A stretch of 64,000 nucleotides of DNA from Octopus sinensis (taxonomy: Eukaryota). Location: NCBI RefSeq assembly GCF_006345805.1, contig NC_043021.1, positions 1 to 64,000 on the forward strand, in the 5' to 3' direction. Positions within the stretch are counted from its first letter, which is position 1, and each line of letters begins with the position of its first letter. The notes below the pieces were generated by a model. That model was not told the origin of the DNA. It saw nothing but the letters and a program-made list of their open reading frames with translations, and searched no databases. This document shows positions 1 through 12,930 of this stretch, piece after piece. The position numbers were made by a program, and so were the translations under genes.

Positions 1-14
1 TACATACATATTTG

Positions 15-53
<39 letters not shown>

Positions 54-432
54 CTCACCACCATCTATATATACACTTATATACATACATACATATTCAC
101 ATACATATTTATATATATAAATAAGAGAGAGAGATTTAGAAGACTTTAGAAGAGTTAAGGGGGTACACACACATGCATATATATGTACACACACTTATAT
201 GTATGTGTATGTAAATATTTGTGTGTATGCATATGGTTATACGCATGTGTCCCTACACGCACGCATTCATACGGCGCACACACATACACCCGCACTTCCT
301 CTCTGAAGAAATACAAAGAGATTCGTTAGGAATTTATGCAGCAAATCCTTCTTCATTGACATCTTTGAGTTAATGGAATTGTATCTTTGTAGCAGATAAA
401 TTACACAATGTAGGCAAATAGTATGTATAAAC

Positions 433-516
<84 letters not shown>

Positions 517-589
517 TTGTATATATATATATGCATATTATATATATATACATATATATATATATATGCATGCATACATATATATATAT

Positions 590-626
<37 letters not shown>

Positions 627-1297
627 GATAGAAGCAAAGAGTAAATGACTGTAGAAAATCATTTGTCGACCAATCAAAGATTTTACAGAACGGTAACAGT
701 AAATGCATGTTCATCAATATTTTTGCTTTTGTTGGTGTTCTTTTTGTCACCACCCCTTCACCATTGAGAAATTACATTTATTCGGATTCTATATTTTCGT
801 TCTTGATGTTGTTGTTGTTGCTTTTGCAACTGATGTTCGTATTGTTGACGCTGCTGTTGTTGCTATTGATGATATTATTGTAGTTTTCGTTGTTATTGTT
901 ATTCTATTATTCTTATCGGATATCCATCGACTGTTGGCATTGAATCCTTCTCCTCCCACCCAATCCGTAATCTACGAAAACGGACAAAGAAAATGGTTGG
1001 TGCTACTGCGGCTGCTACTGTTATTCAAACTTATGTCAGCGATGATTCATCAGTTCTTTTATCACAGACATTCCAGCAGTGCCACCCCCGTCTTATTTTT
1101 CTTTTTAAACTTAATGTACTGAAAGTATCCACATCCGTCCAAAGTTGATCGGAGGCTAAGAGCAGAATTGAAATGCAGGTTTCGTTTCAAACTGTTCAAT
1201 GAGTGTGTTAGCAACCAGTATCGACGATAAACCTGTATGTATATATATGTGTATATGTACATATATGTATATGTGTATATATATATATTATATATAT

Positions 1298-1332
<35 letters not shown>

Positions 1333-1365
1333 CATTATGATAAAGGGGGTACGGGGCGCCTGGAA

Positions 1366-2068
1366 TATATGTTAAGGTATGTAGAAAAATACAACATGGA
1401 CAAGAACGTATAACAGATAGAGACGATACAATAAACATGGACAGGACTTCGAACCCCTCAGTCCTTCGTCAGAACCGGATCATCGTAGTAATTTCGGCTG
1501 ATTAATCTTGAGATTACTAGATCACGGCCAGCCCTCCAAGAAAAACTAAGCTGGAAGCGTAGATTTTCCTGGAAGAAGGGTCGAATGCATACGAACACCA
1601 GGACAGCAAAAGGGACAGATATAAAAAAACAAAAAACAATAATGGAATACAAAACTGAATACAGAAGCATTAACGGTGAAAACAACAAGTGTCTTACGAC
1701 TGATACCAAGCAAGTTTGCTTGTTATCAGCGTAAGACACTTGTTGTTTTCACCGTTAATGCGTCTGTATTTCATGTTCTGTATTCCATTATTGTTTTTTT
1801 GTTTTTTTTTATATCTGTCCCTTTTGCTGTCCTGGTGTTCGTATGCATTCGATCCTTCTTCCAGGAAATCTACGCTTCCAGCTTAGTTTTCTTGGAGGCT
1901 GCCGTGATCCTAGTAATCTCAAGATTAATCAGCCGAATTACTACATGACCGGTTCTTGACTGAAGACTGAGGGGTTCGAATGTCCTGTCCATGTTTATTG
2001 TATCGTCTTCTATCTGTTTATACGTTCTTGTCCATTTGTATTGTTTTTCTACATACCTTAACATATAT
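1366..2068. repeat. ~700-bp near-perfect palindrome (foldback), arms ~350 bp, centre ~1714, flanked by (TA)n
   Basis: 1366-1713 is the reverse complement of 1716-2068, e.g. AAGTGTCTTACG...CAAGCAA-gt-TTGCTTG...CGTAAGACACTT and GGACAAGAACG/CGTTCTTGTCC. Arms differ mostly by 1-nt indels. Confidence 0.95.
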
Positions 2069-2101
2069 TATATATATATACATATATATATACATATATA
2101 T

Positions 2102-2146
<45 letters not shown>

Positions 2147-2213
2147 TATATATATATATATATATATATTATATAGTTATATATTGATACTTATATGTAT
2201 GTATGTATACCTG

Positions 2214-2285
2214 TACTCGTTAGTATAATGGTAGGTGTCCCCACCTGTCACTCAGGATATCGAGGCCACATTCCCCATCGGCGAG
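2214..2285 (+). pseudogene. tRNA-Asp(GTC)-derived pseudogene
   Basis: TACTCGTTAGTATAATGGTAGGTGTCCCCACCTGTCACTCAGGATATCGAGGCCACATTCCCCATCGGCGAG is colinear with metazoan tRNA-Asp(GTC); anticodon GTC at 2247-2249; T-loop/B box degenerate (GGCCACATT instead of GGTTCGATT). Confidence 0.75.
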
Positions 2286-3246
2286 GGTGAAACTGTTTTA
2301 TATTATATATAATATTATATATATATATATATATTAATATATAATATATATATATTATTATATATAAATAATATAATGTACATGTTATATTATATATATA
2401 AATTAATATATATATATATATATAATATATCTATAAACACACACAGACACAACAGAGACACACACACACACAGAGACACACACACACCCACACCTCCACA
2501 GAATGATCATAAAAGTGTGACCCCAAATGACATTTGCCAGGCCAACCTATGCACAACACACACTCAGTGACATTGAAATGGACGGCCAAGTTCTTATAAA
2601 ACCACAGGGGGTCCAGCAGACCAACGGAAATACACTTCTTCTCTCACTCTCTCCTTAATATCTGCTCACATATAAATGCACACACACCACACAACACGCA
2701 CACCACACCACCACATACACCACATATGTTTCATCTCTGTCCTCACTTCCTCCTCACCCCACTACTACGAAACTAAAAAGGTTCAAACTACCCACAACTG
2801 ATTTGATTTGAAAACCCACTAGAATGGGAGCAAGCGCTATCCGATGATATGTCTATATGTAAAAATGTAATATTAAATAAATATCTACAAATATGAACCA
2901 TCTATCTGATACCTCAATTTTTCTAATATATATATATATATATATATACTAATATGTCTAAGGTGTTAGATCACTTACATTTCTATGCGCTTTTATTTCT
3001 AACAATGTTGGTGTTCTAACATCCTACTTGTATTTAGTGACGTTTATAGTCTTCCTTTTCGGTAAAATATTGCACGCTGCTGTCTATACTAATCTCATAT
3101 ATATATATATATATAAATATGCTTTCGGTGCGAAAGGTTTCTTTTTTATACGGCGCCGTTTTTAATGTAAATAGTAATGTTGTTTTTTTTAATATATATA
3201 AGCTTAAAGTTTATGTCGATCACCGCGCAATGACTAAGGAAAACAG

Positions 3247-3574
3247 TGTATTTGAAAAAATGAGTAGAGATGGCTTTTGGGGGTGGGGGATGAATTTTAG
3301 TTTAATGATAATGTTTGCAGTCGGTATAATGAGATTCGGACCCTTCGACAGCCGTTTGTAAGGTTTTGTGGGCTGCTGCTCGCAGAGAAGGGCTTTTGCT
3401 GTAAGTACTACCAAGAAAGGATAAAATCTTTTGCTATATGCGCAACGTTCCAAAGAACAGAATTTCAGTTTCGGATTTCGAAAAGCTCGAAACTCATTGG
3501 AGTCACTGCAAACATTATCATTAAAATAAAAATTATCCTCCCAAAAGCCATCTCTACTCATTTTTTCAAATACA
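3247..3574. mobile_element. MITE-like element with ~95-bp imperfect terminal inverted repeats
   Basis: TGTATTTGAAAAAATGAGTAGAGATGGCTTTTGGG...TTTAATGATAATGTTTGCAGT at the left is mirrored by ACTGCAAACATTATCATTAAA...CCCAAAAGCCATCTCTACTCATTTTTTCAAATACA at the right; ~130-bp unique spacer. Confidence 0.7.
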
Positions 3575-3610
3575 TTATATTGTAACAAGAAATTTTCTTT
3601 ATTATTCTAC

Positions 3611-3646
<36 letters not shown>

Positions 3647-4659
3647 AGTGTGTGTGTGTGTGTATAACGGTGTATGTGATATATTTACATATAACAGTAC
3701 AGATCGAAAAACAATTTATAAAGCAAGCAATTGACACTTATCATTATAAGAAGCCCCCCCCCCCCAGTGGCACAGAGCCGTACAGCGTGCCTCATTGGGC
3801 CTCTCCTCTCTTTTGGTTTGGAACTACATTACCCAGTATCTCATTACTTTTTTGAAGAGGTAAAATTGTCTGTTATTTCTAGATATAGGGATTTACTATG
3901 TTGGCTAACGGCGGTGGCGGTGGCGGTGGCGGCGGCGGTGGTGGTGGTGGTGGTGGCGGCGGCGGTGGCGGTGGTGGTGGTGGAGAATCAATGGTGTAGC
4001 GTGTTTAGGTCGATTAAGTGTAAAAATGAAAAATAAATTCACGAGTTTCAGGTAAAATAATTAAATATTTCCTATTGTTATAATAGACTACACAGAATGC
4101 TCTCAATCTCTCATACTCTCTCTTTCTCTCCCTCCCTCTCTTTCTTACTCTCCATATTTTTCTCACACATAGACATACACACACACACACAGACATGTAG
4201 CAACCGACCGACGACGATGGTGATGATGATGATGATGATGATGAAGATGACGACGATATGTAAGCTGAAAACAACGACGACGACGTCGATGAGGAAGAGG
4301 AGACAGAAGAGGAAAACACTTACAGAGTCTAATATTGGAATGTCGCCACAGATTAACATTCTTCTTCTTCTTCTTCTAGCAACGGTTCCAGCACATCTTC
4401 TTTCTTGGTGTCTCGTAGCCATAATGATCTCTCTCTCTGTAGGGAGACATACAGATTTACACATATACATACATGCACATATAAATACAGGCTGGTGCCC
4501 CAGCATGGCCATAGCCTTTGGCCTGAAGCACATCAAAGAGTAATTAAATGTCAGTAGGTAGAGACTCCAGTTGTTGACGGTTAGCGTAGATTATTATACA
4601 CAAAACGATTATAAATCCGGTTTAATATGAATCTAGGTTGGAAATTTTGCCACACCGCC

Positions 4660-4772
4660 ATATTGGTTAAGCCGGCCACGGTGGAATTTGATCTCAGAAC
4701 GTAATGAGTTGGAATGAATACCGCTGAGCAGCATCATGTCCGCTGTGCTAACGATTCTGCCAGCTCACCGCC
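4660..4772 (-). mobile_element. tRNA-derived SINE fragment (family C: GGCGGYGAGCTGGCAGAA head)
   Basis: Head GGCGGTGAGCTGGCAGAATCGTTAGC...GTTCTGAGATCAAATTCC is shared with copies at 16494-16728, 24340-24512, 31675-31748, 49730-49905 and 51680-51765. Confidence 0.75.
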
Positions 4773-6134
4773 TTAGGTGGAGTCGATTATCAAAACAACT
4801 TCTGTCTCAATACTTCGAAAATACAAAAGAAGTGACTTTATTCTTTTATATCCTGAAAGAAAAGAATCCTTCTCTGTTCGGTTTTAAAATGTATTTTAAT
4901 GAATTTGGATTTAGGCCGGCAAAATACAATTCATTCTAATTGAGGATTGAAAGTGTTTTCACAATGAAACACGAATATATTGTTTCCTCACTGATAAAAC
5001 AAATCTGTTTAATATCTTGCTTTTGACTGTAGGACCTCACCAAGACACTGTCATCTTTTTATGTAGATATTTCAATTTCTAGTATTCAAAATATGCTTCG
5101 AGAAAGTTGCATTCAATTTACTGCCATGTGTATAATATATATATATATTTATCTTACTAATATCTTAGTTTAAAACCGTTAGACCTAGTAGACCTATATA
5201 TGGATTGACTAATAAAACCAATTTTTGCAAGGTGATAAGCACACATTTTACCAAAACTTACATTTTCTCGGGAAAAATCTGCAATAGAGATTGTATTTTT
5301 GCGCGCTGTTCCATAACAATAAATTTCACCATCTTTAGTTAACAAAAGGAATGTAAGACAATAATTACCAGGAAACTACAAAATTTTACATGCATAAATA
5401 CAACAACATGCTGTTTAGATACAACCAGCTTGGTCTACCGTGAAACGTGCAAGGCTCTCAACAAACACTTTTAACCGTCAACATTTATACAAGTCTAATC
5501 ACAAGAATGAAACAATATTCATTCAGTACTAAACAAAGAATGTGTTTTCTATTTTTTAGGCAATTAGTTTTAAAAATAACTTCACAGAAGTATGAATATA
5601 GTATTATAAGCACGCACGCACGCACACACACACACCACACACACACAATGAAATATATCAACAAAAAGTAAATGAAATATATCAACAAAAACAGAGCAGG
5701 CATTCTGGTTGTTGCTGGCTAAAAGATATATTGTTACAGTACAATATAAGAGCGAACATACCTTTGCAAATAGGTTTATGATAGGTTTCAAAATATCAAT
5801 CAATCATCGAATGATATAAATCCAGCCACCGCTACGAAAACACATCAACTTACAGGAAGTACGAATGGCTTCCTGTCATGCGCTTTGACAGTGGAACATT
5901 GCAGAAGACAGAGCGCTATTAAAACAGTTTGACTAAGCCGTGTAGAAATCTTTTATAAAGGTTCAAAAGGATTAACAAAAAAAGAAAAGAAAAGGAAAAT
6001 TAATCTGTTGTAAGATTTGAAAAGTTTTCTGAAATTTTTCTTAGAACTGGAGGAAACAAAAGATGCTTTGTGAATAGTAAGAGGATAATGTTTGGAATAT
6101 TGTCATGAGAACCCAGATAGACTGACAACAGATA

Positions 6135-7065
6135 ACTTTCTTTATTGGCCACACAGGGCGGCGGAAAACATAGGGGACAAATACAAATGTAGAGCTTTCA
6201 TTTTCGAAAATGAAAAAAAGGGAAAAAATAAGAAAAAATAAAAGTAAAATTCCGATCAAAGGGGATCGGGAGAAAAAAAAACGTTCAAAAGGGATCGTGT
6301 ATCACAGAAGAAATTTAAAAATGTAAAATGCAAGATTAGATTTATCCGTGGAAAGAAAAGCCTACGGAAAAGACCACGGTAACCTCAGGCAGGGAGGGAA
6401 TAAACACATGAGAGCAAAGAGCTCTCTCTCTCTCTTTTACGATTTACTGGATCATGCTCAAAGTGGTTTTGTCACGCGCTCGCTACATTCGCCCACCTTT
6501 TTTTTTAAACTTTCACGAGACAAAACCTGCCTCTCCATTCTCACCTTCCTTTTCAAGTGGTACTTGAAAAAGTTGATGAGCGATTGGCCAGAGAGGTAAG
6601 TGTTTGTCTCTAAACCTTTCGCTCGAGTCCACCACACATATTCTTTCACTATGGCCACCAGTACGAAAAAAAACTGGCTTGCCTTCCCGGTTGAGGGAAA
6701 GTGGCGGAGCAATTATGGCGCCAGACTCGGCCGACAAGCGGACTCGACTTACATGTGACAGCAGCCGTTAGGCATAAGCCCACAGATCCGAAATGGTTGG
6801 ATACTGCACGAGGCGTGCAGAACGGTTTCGTCATTCTGACTGCATCTCGGGCAATTCGGTCCGATGTGTCTCGAACCGTGCCTCTAGAGCTTATCCCGAA
6901 CAGGTACTGCTTCTTGGTAGCACTGCAAGGCCAGGGCTCTTTGGTGATTGTCCATAGGTCCCTGCCCGAAAGTTGTCCTGAACAGGCGGGTCAGGTGTTC
7001 CTCGTCGACACCCAGATTCTGTTCGAGAACGTCCTCGCACCTCCCCTCCACTAATCCTCTATAGA
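6135..7065 (-). mobile_element. 3' fragment of an L1/Tx1-clade LINE (C-terminal zinc knuckle, 3' UTR, AATAAA)
   Basis: Broken minus-strand frames give AVPVRDKL...CPRCSQNDETVLHA (CCHC knuckle), then KEYVWWTRAKG...LINFFKYHLKRKVRMER; AATAAA at 6146-6141; 5'-truncated against the (GATA)n array at ~7066. Confidence 0.75.
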
Positions 7066-7151
7066 ACGCATAGATAGACATACGGACAGACAAACAGACA
7101 AACAGATAGCTAGACAGACACGCAGACAGACACATAGATAGAGAGACAGAC

Positions 7152-7230
<79 letters not shown>

Positions 7231-7256
7231 GAGACAGACAGATAGATAGATAGATG

Positions 7257-7319
<63 letters not shown>

Positions 7320-7400
7320 GAATGGATGGATGGATGGATGGATGGATGGATGGATGGATGGATGGATGGATGGAAGGGTGGATGGGTGGATGGATGGATG
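7066..7400. repeat. Compound (GACA)/(GATA)/(GGAT) tetranucleotide microsatellite
   Basis: Direct reading. Confidence 0.95.
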
Positions 7401-7419
7401 GATAGACAGACAGATTAAG

Positions 7420-7451
<32 letters not shown>

Positions 7452-7579
7452 GGGGAGAGAGAGAGAGAGAGAGACATCAGATTAATGCAACAGGAATGGG
7501 AAAAGAAATAAAGAAATGACGCAGTTTAAAGTGAAATATTTATATTTGCTGGGAATTTGAGGAAGGAATGAAAGAGAGG

Positions 7580-7631
<52 letters not shown>

Positions 7632-8360
7632 TAGACAGACAGACAGACAGAGAGAGAGAGAGACAGAGAGAATGAGTGAGGGTAGAGAAGAATTTCTAAC
7701 AGGGAGGACGAGTGTTGTTGGTTAAGATAGAAAAGAGAGAAAGCATTTAAGAGAAAAAATAAAAACCAAAGGAATGTCATACGATGCCATGGCAACAGAA
7801 ATAACAATATGGCGACGGGAAAGTTGAAAAGATAATTAAGCAAAATGGTGTCTCGTGGAAGAGGAGGGAAACTGAAGCCGGGTAATATTGTATCCTGTTC
7901 GTATGACATTATATAATATCGTATGACATAGCTGGCTGGTTGTCATAGATATGGCATTTTGTAATAGAGGTAGGAGGTTGTAGTAGTGAGTGGCGGTGGA
8001 AGGATATGGTAGTAGGGAATTGTGGGAGGAGTGATAGGGGAAGCTTATGGGAGGGAGTTGTAGCAGTGGAGGAGGTGGTTGTAATCTCAAGATTCCAATG
8101 TCTGTATGTCGTGCCTTGTGTATTACCGTGGCAGGGATTAGTGAGATTCTATTTAGGTCGAGTCAGCCTGTTGCTGCTCTGAGCTTCGACGGCAGGATGC
8201 ACACCGCCGGCAGGCAAGGTAATATCTTCTCGGAAGACACACACACGCACACACACACAAATATATACACACGAACGCACGCATACACACACACATGCAC
8301 ATAGATACAAAGATACATTCATACACACCCACACAGACACAGACACACACTCATATACAT

Positions 8361-8440
<80 letters not shown>

Positions 8441-8754
8441 GGCACGCTTCATTTAGTTTCCGTCTACCAAATCCACTCACAAGGGTTTGGTCGACAGCAG
8501 AAGACACTTGCCCAATCTGCACGCAACGTAGAGTATATATACACATGTATGTATATATACACAAGTTAATCATCCTTTCTACACTAGGGGCAGGGACTAA
8601 AATTCTGGGAATGAATGAAAAAGTTCTCGGTTGAATTTTATCACAGAACCTTAGCCGGAGAAAATGCTGGTAAACATTTTGTCCGGCATGCTAACAACTC
8701 TGCCAGCTGTTGTTGTTATTGTTGTTGCTGCTTGTTGCTTGTTTCTTGTTCTTT

Positions 8755-9012
8755 CTCGAGTCACGCCTGACGAATAGGTTCCCCACCTGGACGGGACGCC
8801 GATCCGTCGCAGGTGAGCTGCAAGATGCAGGAGGAAAGTGCGAAAGAAAGTTGTAGCGAAAGAGTCAGCAGAAGTTCGCCATTAGCTTCTGCCGGAGCCG
8901 CGTGGAGATTAGGTGTTTCGCTCATAAACACATATCACCCGGTCTTAGATTCGAACCCGCAATCCCTCGACCACGAGTTCGCTAATCTAACCACTAGGCC
9001 ATGTGCCTCCAC
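8755..9012 (-). mobile_element. tRNA-derived SINE (family D)
   Basis: Minus-strand head TGTGGAGGCACATGGCCTAGTGGTTAG (A box)...GGGTTCGAATC (B box). Confidence 0.7.
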
Positions 9013-9153
9013 AGCTCGCAGTACTGATCCACCAAAATAGATCAAACGCTGATAGTGTCAGGCAATAACAACACATACACATCAAGACAACACAACCACA
9101 AGTGTCCTGGGGGAATTTCGAACCTAGGTTCTCATTCCTAAGATATTTTCCGA

Positions 9154-9155
<2 letters not shown>

Positions 9156-9201
<46 letters not shown>

Positions 9202-9225
9202 TATTATATTATTATTATTATATTA

Positions 9226-9304
<79 letters not shown>

Positions 9305-9309
9305 TATTA

Positions 9310-9351
<42 letters not shown>

Positions 9352-9356
9352 TATCA

Positions 9357-9408
<52 letters not shown>

Positions 9409-9454
9409 CATTATTATTATTATTATTATTATTATCATTATTATTATTATTATA

Positions 9455-9503
<49 letters not shown>

Positions 9504-9573
9504 AAAAATAATATAATAATAATAATAATAAAATAATAAAATAATATAATAATAATAATAATAATAATAATAA
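9156..9573. repeat. (TTA)n array switching to (TAA)n at ~9500
   Basis: Direct reading; the microsatellite changes orientation at 9498-9503. Confidence 0.95.
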
Positions 9574-11747
9574 CACATGGATCCTCGAAACACTAGCCAT
9601 TAACAAAGTAGCACCAACAATCATAAAATTCATAGAGCACTCTATGAATAAATGGCAAACAGTCCTACACCTCCAAACAAAAGAGGGACTCATGAAAACC
9701 AAAGGCATCCCCATTAGAAGTGGAATATTCCAGGGAGACACGCTCTCTCCACTCCTTTTCTGCTTGGCACTGTCACCTCTATCTGATATACTAAATAGAA
9801 CTGGATGCGAATATAAATGTTACGGCAAAACGATCAGCCACCTTTTATATATGGATGACCTAAAACTATACGCTGCAAATGACAAACAGCTGGAAACACT
9901 ATTAAAGACAGTTCATGGATTTACCAAAGAAATAGATATGAAATTTGGATTAGAAAAATGCGCCAAAGTAACCATGAAAAGAGGAAAACTAGTTAAGAGA
10001 ACAACATCACACTAGATAAAACCAATGAAATAAAAGAATTAGACCAAAGCCAAACTTACAAATACTTAGGAATCCATGAACTAGATAAGACACAACACAC
10101 ACAAATGAAAGAGAAAATAAAAAAAAGAATATTATAGACGAGTTAGATCAATACTAAAAACTGAACTCAATGCTAAAAACAAGATAGGTATCAACACTTT
10201 AGCTGTCCCAGTTATAAGTTACAGCTACAATATCCTTAACTGGACACGAAATGAACTGACCAAAATAGATAGGAAAACAAGAAAAATAATGACAGGATCT
10301 AAGATGCATCACCCAAAATCTGACATAGAAAGACTATATATACAACGTATAGAAGGGGGTAGAGGCCTTATACAGCTGGAAAAACTATATAAAATAACCG
10401 CCATAGGACTGCAAAAATATCTACTTCAGAAAGAAGGAAAACTGATCCAGATAGCGGCAAAACACGAGCAAAACAAAAAACTGTTCTCAGTATTTAAGGA
10501 AGCTGACAAATAAACAAGAAATCATACCACCTAATAAACATAACAAGAAGAAGAAGAAGAAGAAGAAGAGAAGAAGAAAGAAGAAGAAGAAGAGAAGAAG
10601 AGAAGAAGAAGAAGAAGAAGAAGAAGAGAAGAAGAAGAAGAAGAAGAAGAAGAAGAAGAAGAAGAAGAAGAAGAAGAAGAAGAAGAAGCAGAAGAAGAAG
10701 AAGAAGAAGAAGAAGAAGAAGAAGAAGAAGAAACAGAAGAAAAGAAGAAGAGAAGAAAGAAGAAGAAGAAGAGAAGAAGAAGAAGAAGAAGAGAAGAAGA
10801 AGAAAACACAACAAAAGCTATAAACAATGAAATCCAAACTAAAAATAGAACAGCAACGAACCATGATAAAACGATGGCAGAAAAGCCCCATTCATGGTAA
10901 ATACTGGACTAAACTAAACGCAAAAGAAATAGACAAAGAAAAATCCCAGCAATGGTTGAGAAGCTCAGGACTCAAAGCAGAGAAACAGAGGGATTTTAAT
11001 TGCAGCACAAGACCAAGCCTCCCCACCAGAAATTACCAAAAACATGTAATGAAAAGAAATATTACAAGTAACTGCAGAATATGTGGAGATGGACAAGAAA
11101 CAATAAATCATATTATCTCTAGCTGCCCAGTCCTGGCTAAGAAGGAATATATTCACAGACATGACAGAGTTGGAACCTACATACATTGGAAGCTATGCCA
11201 ACATTATGGAATAACAACAGAAAAAAGATGGTATAGGCACACACCAGAAAAGGTCACAGAAAACGAGAAAGCAACCATACTCTGGGATATGCCGATACAC
11301 ACAGATAGAGAAATTAAGGCCAACAGACCAGATATAGTTGTCAGAGATCATGAAGAAAAAAAATGTTTTCTAATTGATGTATCAATACCGGCAGATGACA
11401 ACGTGTCTCTAAAAGAAATGGAGAAACTCTCAAAATACAAAGACCTGGAAATAGAGGTAACTAGAATGTGGAATCTGAAAACAGAAACAATTCCTATCAT
11501 AGTAGGTGCATTAGGCATGATAAAAAAATATTCAGACAAATGCATAACAAAAAACACAGGACTTACAAACACATATAACATACAGAAAATTGCACTACTA
11601 GGCACAGCACACATCCTACGCAGAACACTTTCCATACAATAACCATCAGAGCATCACAACAAATCACAGCACATACGTAAGGCACACAGAGCTGCGCTCG
11701 GTAGTGAAGTGAAAGCACGCTATAAAAATAAAAATAAAACTACTGAA

Positions 11748-11748
<1 letters not shown>
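9574..11748 (+). mobile_element. 5'-truncated, frameshifted R4/Dong-type non-LTR retrotransposon (family 1) in a (TAA)n array
   Basis: RT motifs GIFQGDTLSPLLF and HLLYMDDLKLY (9644-10015); HHPKSDIERLYIQRIEGGRGL (10289-10513); zinc knuckle CRICGDGQETINHIISSC, RHD, and REL endonuclease RPDIVV...IDVSIP...EKLSKYKDL (10827-11642); short 3' UTR running into (TAA)n. Confidence 0.92.
10545..10804 (+). repeat. ~260-bp (GAA)n tract inside the retrotransposon ORF
   Basis: Direct reading; lies between the post-RT region and the zinc knuckle. Confidence 0.95.
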
Positions 11749-11807
<59 letters not shown>

Positions 11808-12544
11808 TAATAATAATTATAATAATGATAATAATAATAATAACATCGGAAAAATACCTTAGGAATGAGAACAGATGAGGACAAATATCCGTTAAATGTA
11901 AATAACGTACATAATTCTTCATCTCTGAAATATAGAGCTACAATACAACTACACACGGGAAGCTGATATAACCGCACATATCAAGACTATATCCTTTACA
12001 CACATCAATCGTATACACCCACACAAACCAAAATGAAGGCTGTACACCCACGCACACCTGACCGTGTATACGAAGACCACGACGCACAGAGCTAAGTTAA
12101 ACGCGCGCACACACACGCACACACATACACACACACACACGCACACATATATACACACACACACACACGCACATACACCGATTCTTTCAAACGACAGCTT
12201 TTATATCAGTAGAAATAATGACTACAGCAATAATATACCAGTAACAACACCAACAACAACAACAACAGCAGCGATACTAATGAAACAGCTGCCATTATAC
12301 ACTGGCTGTCAACATTCCATCGCAGCGCACACGGTAAACAGAAACTCCATCTCCTCCAAACTTGTCTCATCCCATAACAACCAGTTTCATTATCTTCCCT
12401 ACAGACCCGCACCAAATCACAAACTATGACCATCCACTTCAAACCAAGCTGGCCACTACTGAAGAAAATGACCAGTGTCCTATAACCATACACCCCACAC
12501 TTGGACCCGAACCTTACTAAACACTTCCATTTCTCAGATCTCTC

Positions 12545-12549
12545 TTTAC

Positions 12550-12639
<90 letters not shown>

Positions 12640-12642
12640 CTG

Positions 12643-12692
<50 letters not shown>

Positions 12693-12930
12693 CATCCGTC
12701 CATCTATCTATCTATCCATCTATATACCTACCTACCTACCTTTCGATCTGTCTGTCTGTCAATCTCTCTAGTTCTCTAACAATCTACTTGTTTGTCTGTC
12801 TACATTTCTGTCTATCTACATTTCTGTCTATCAGCTTATCATTGCATTTATCGATCAATCTATTTATCTGTCTGTCTGTCTGTCTATATATCTATCTATC
12901 TGTCTATGTATCTCTCTACCCATCTATCTA
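12545..12930. repeat. (TCTA)/(TCTG) microsatellite
   Basis: Direct reading. Confidence 0.9.

Noticed and set aside
3905-3985. (GGC/GGT)n tract with G-quadruplex potential
   Set aside because: Ordinary trinucleotide microsatellite with no contextual support for function.
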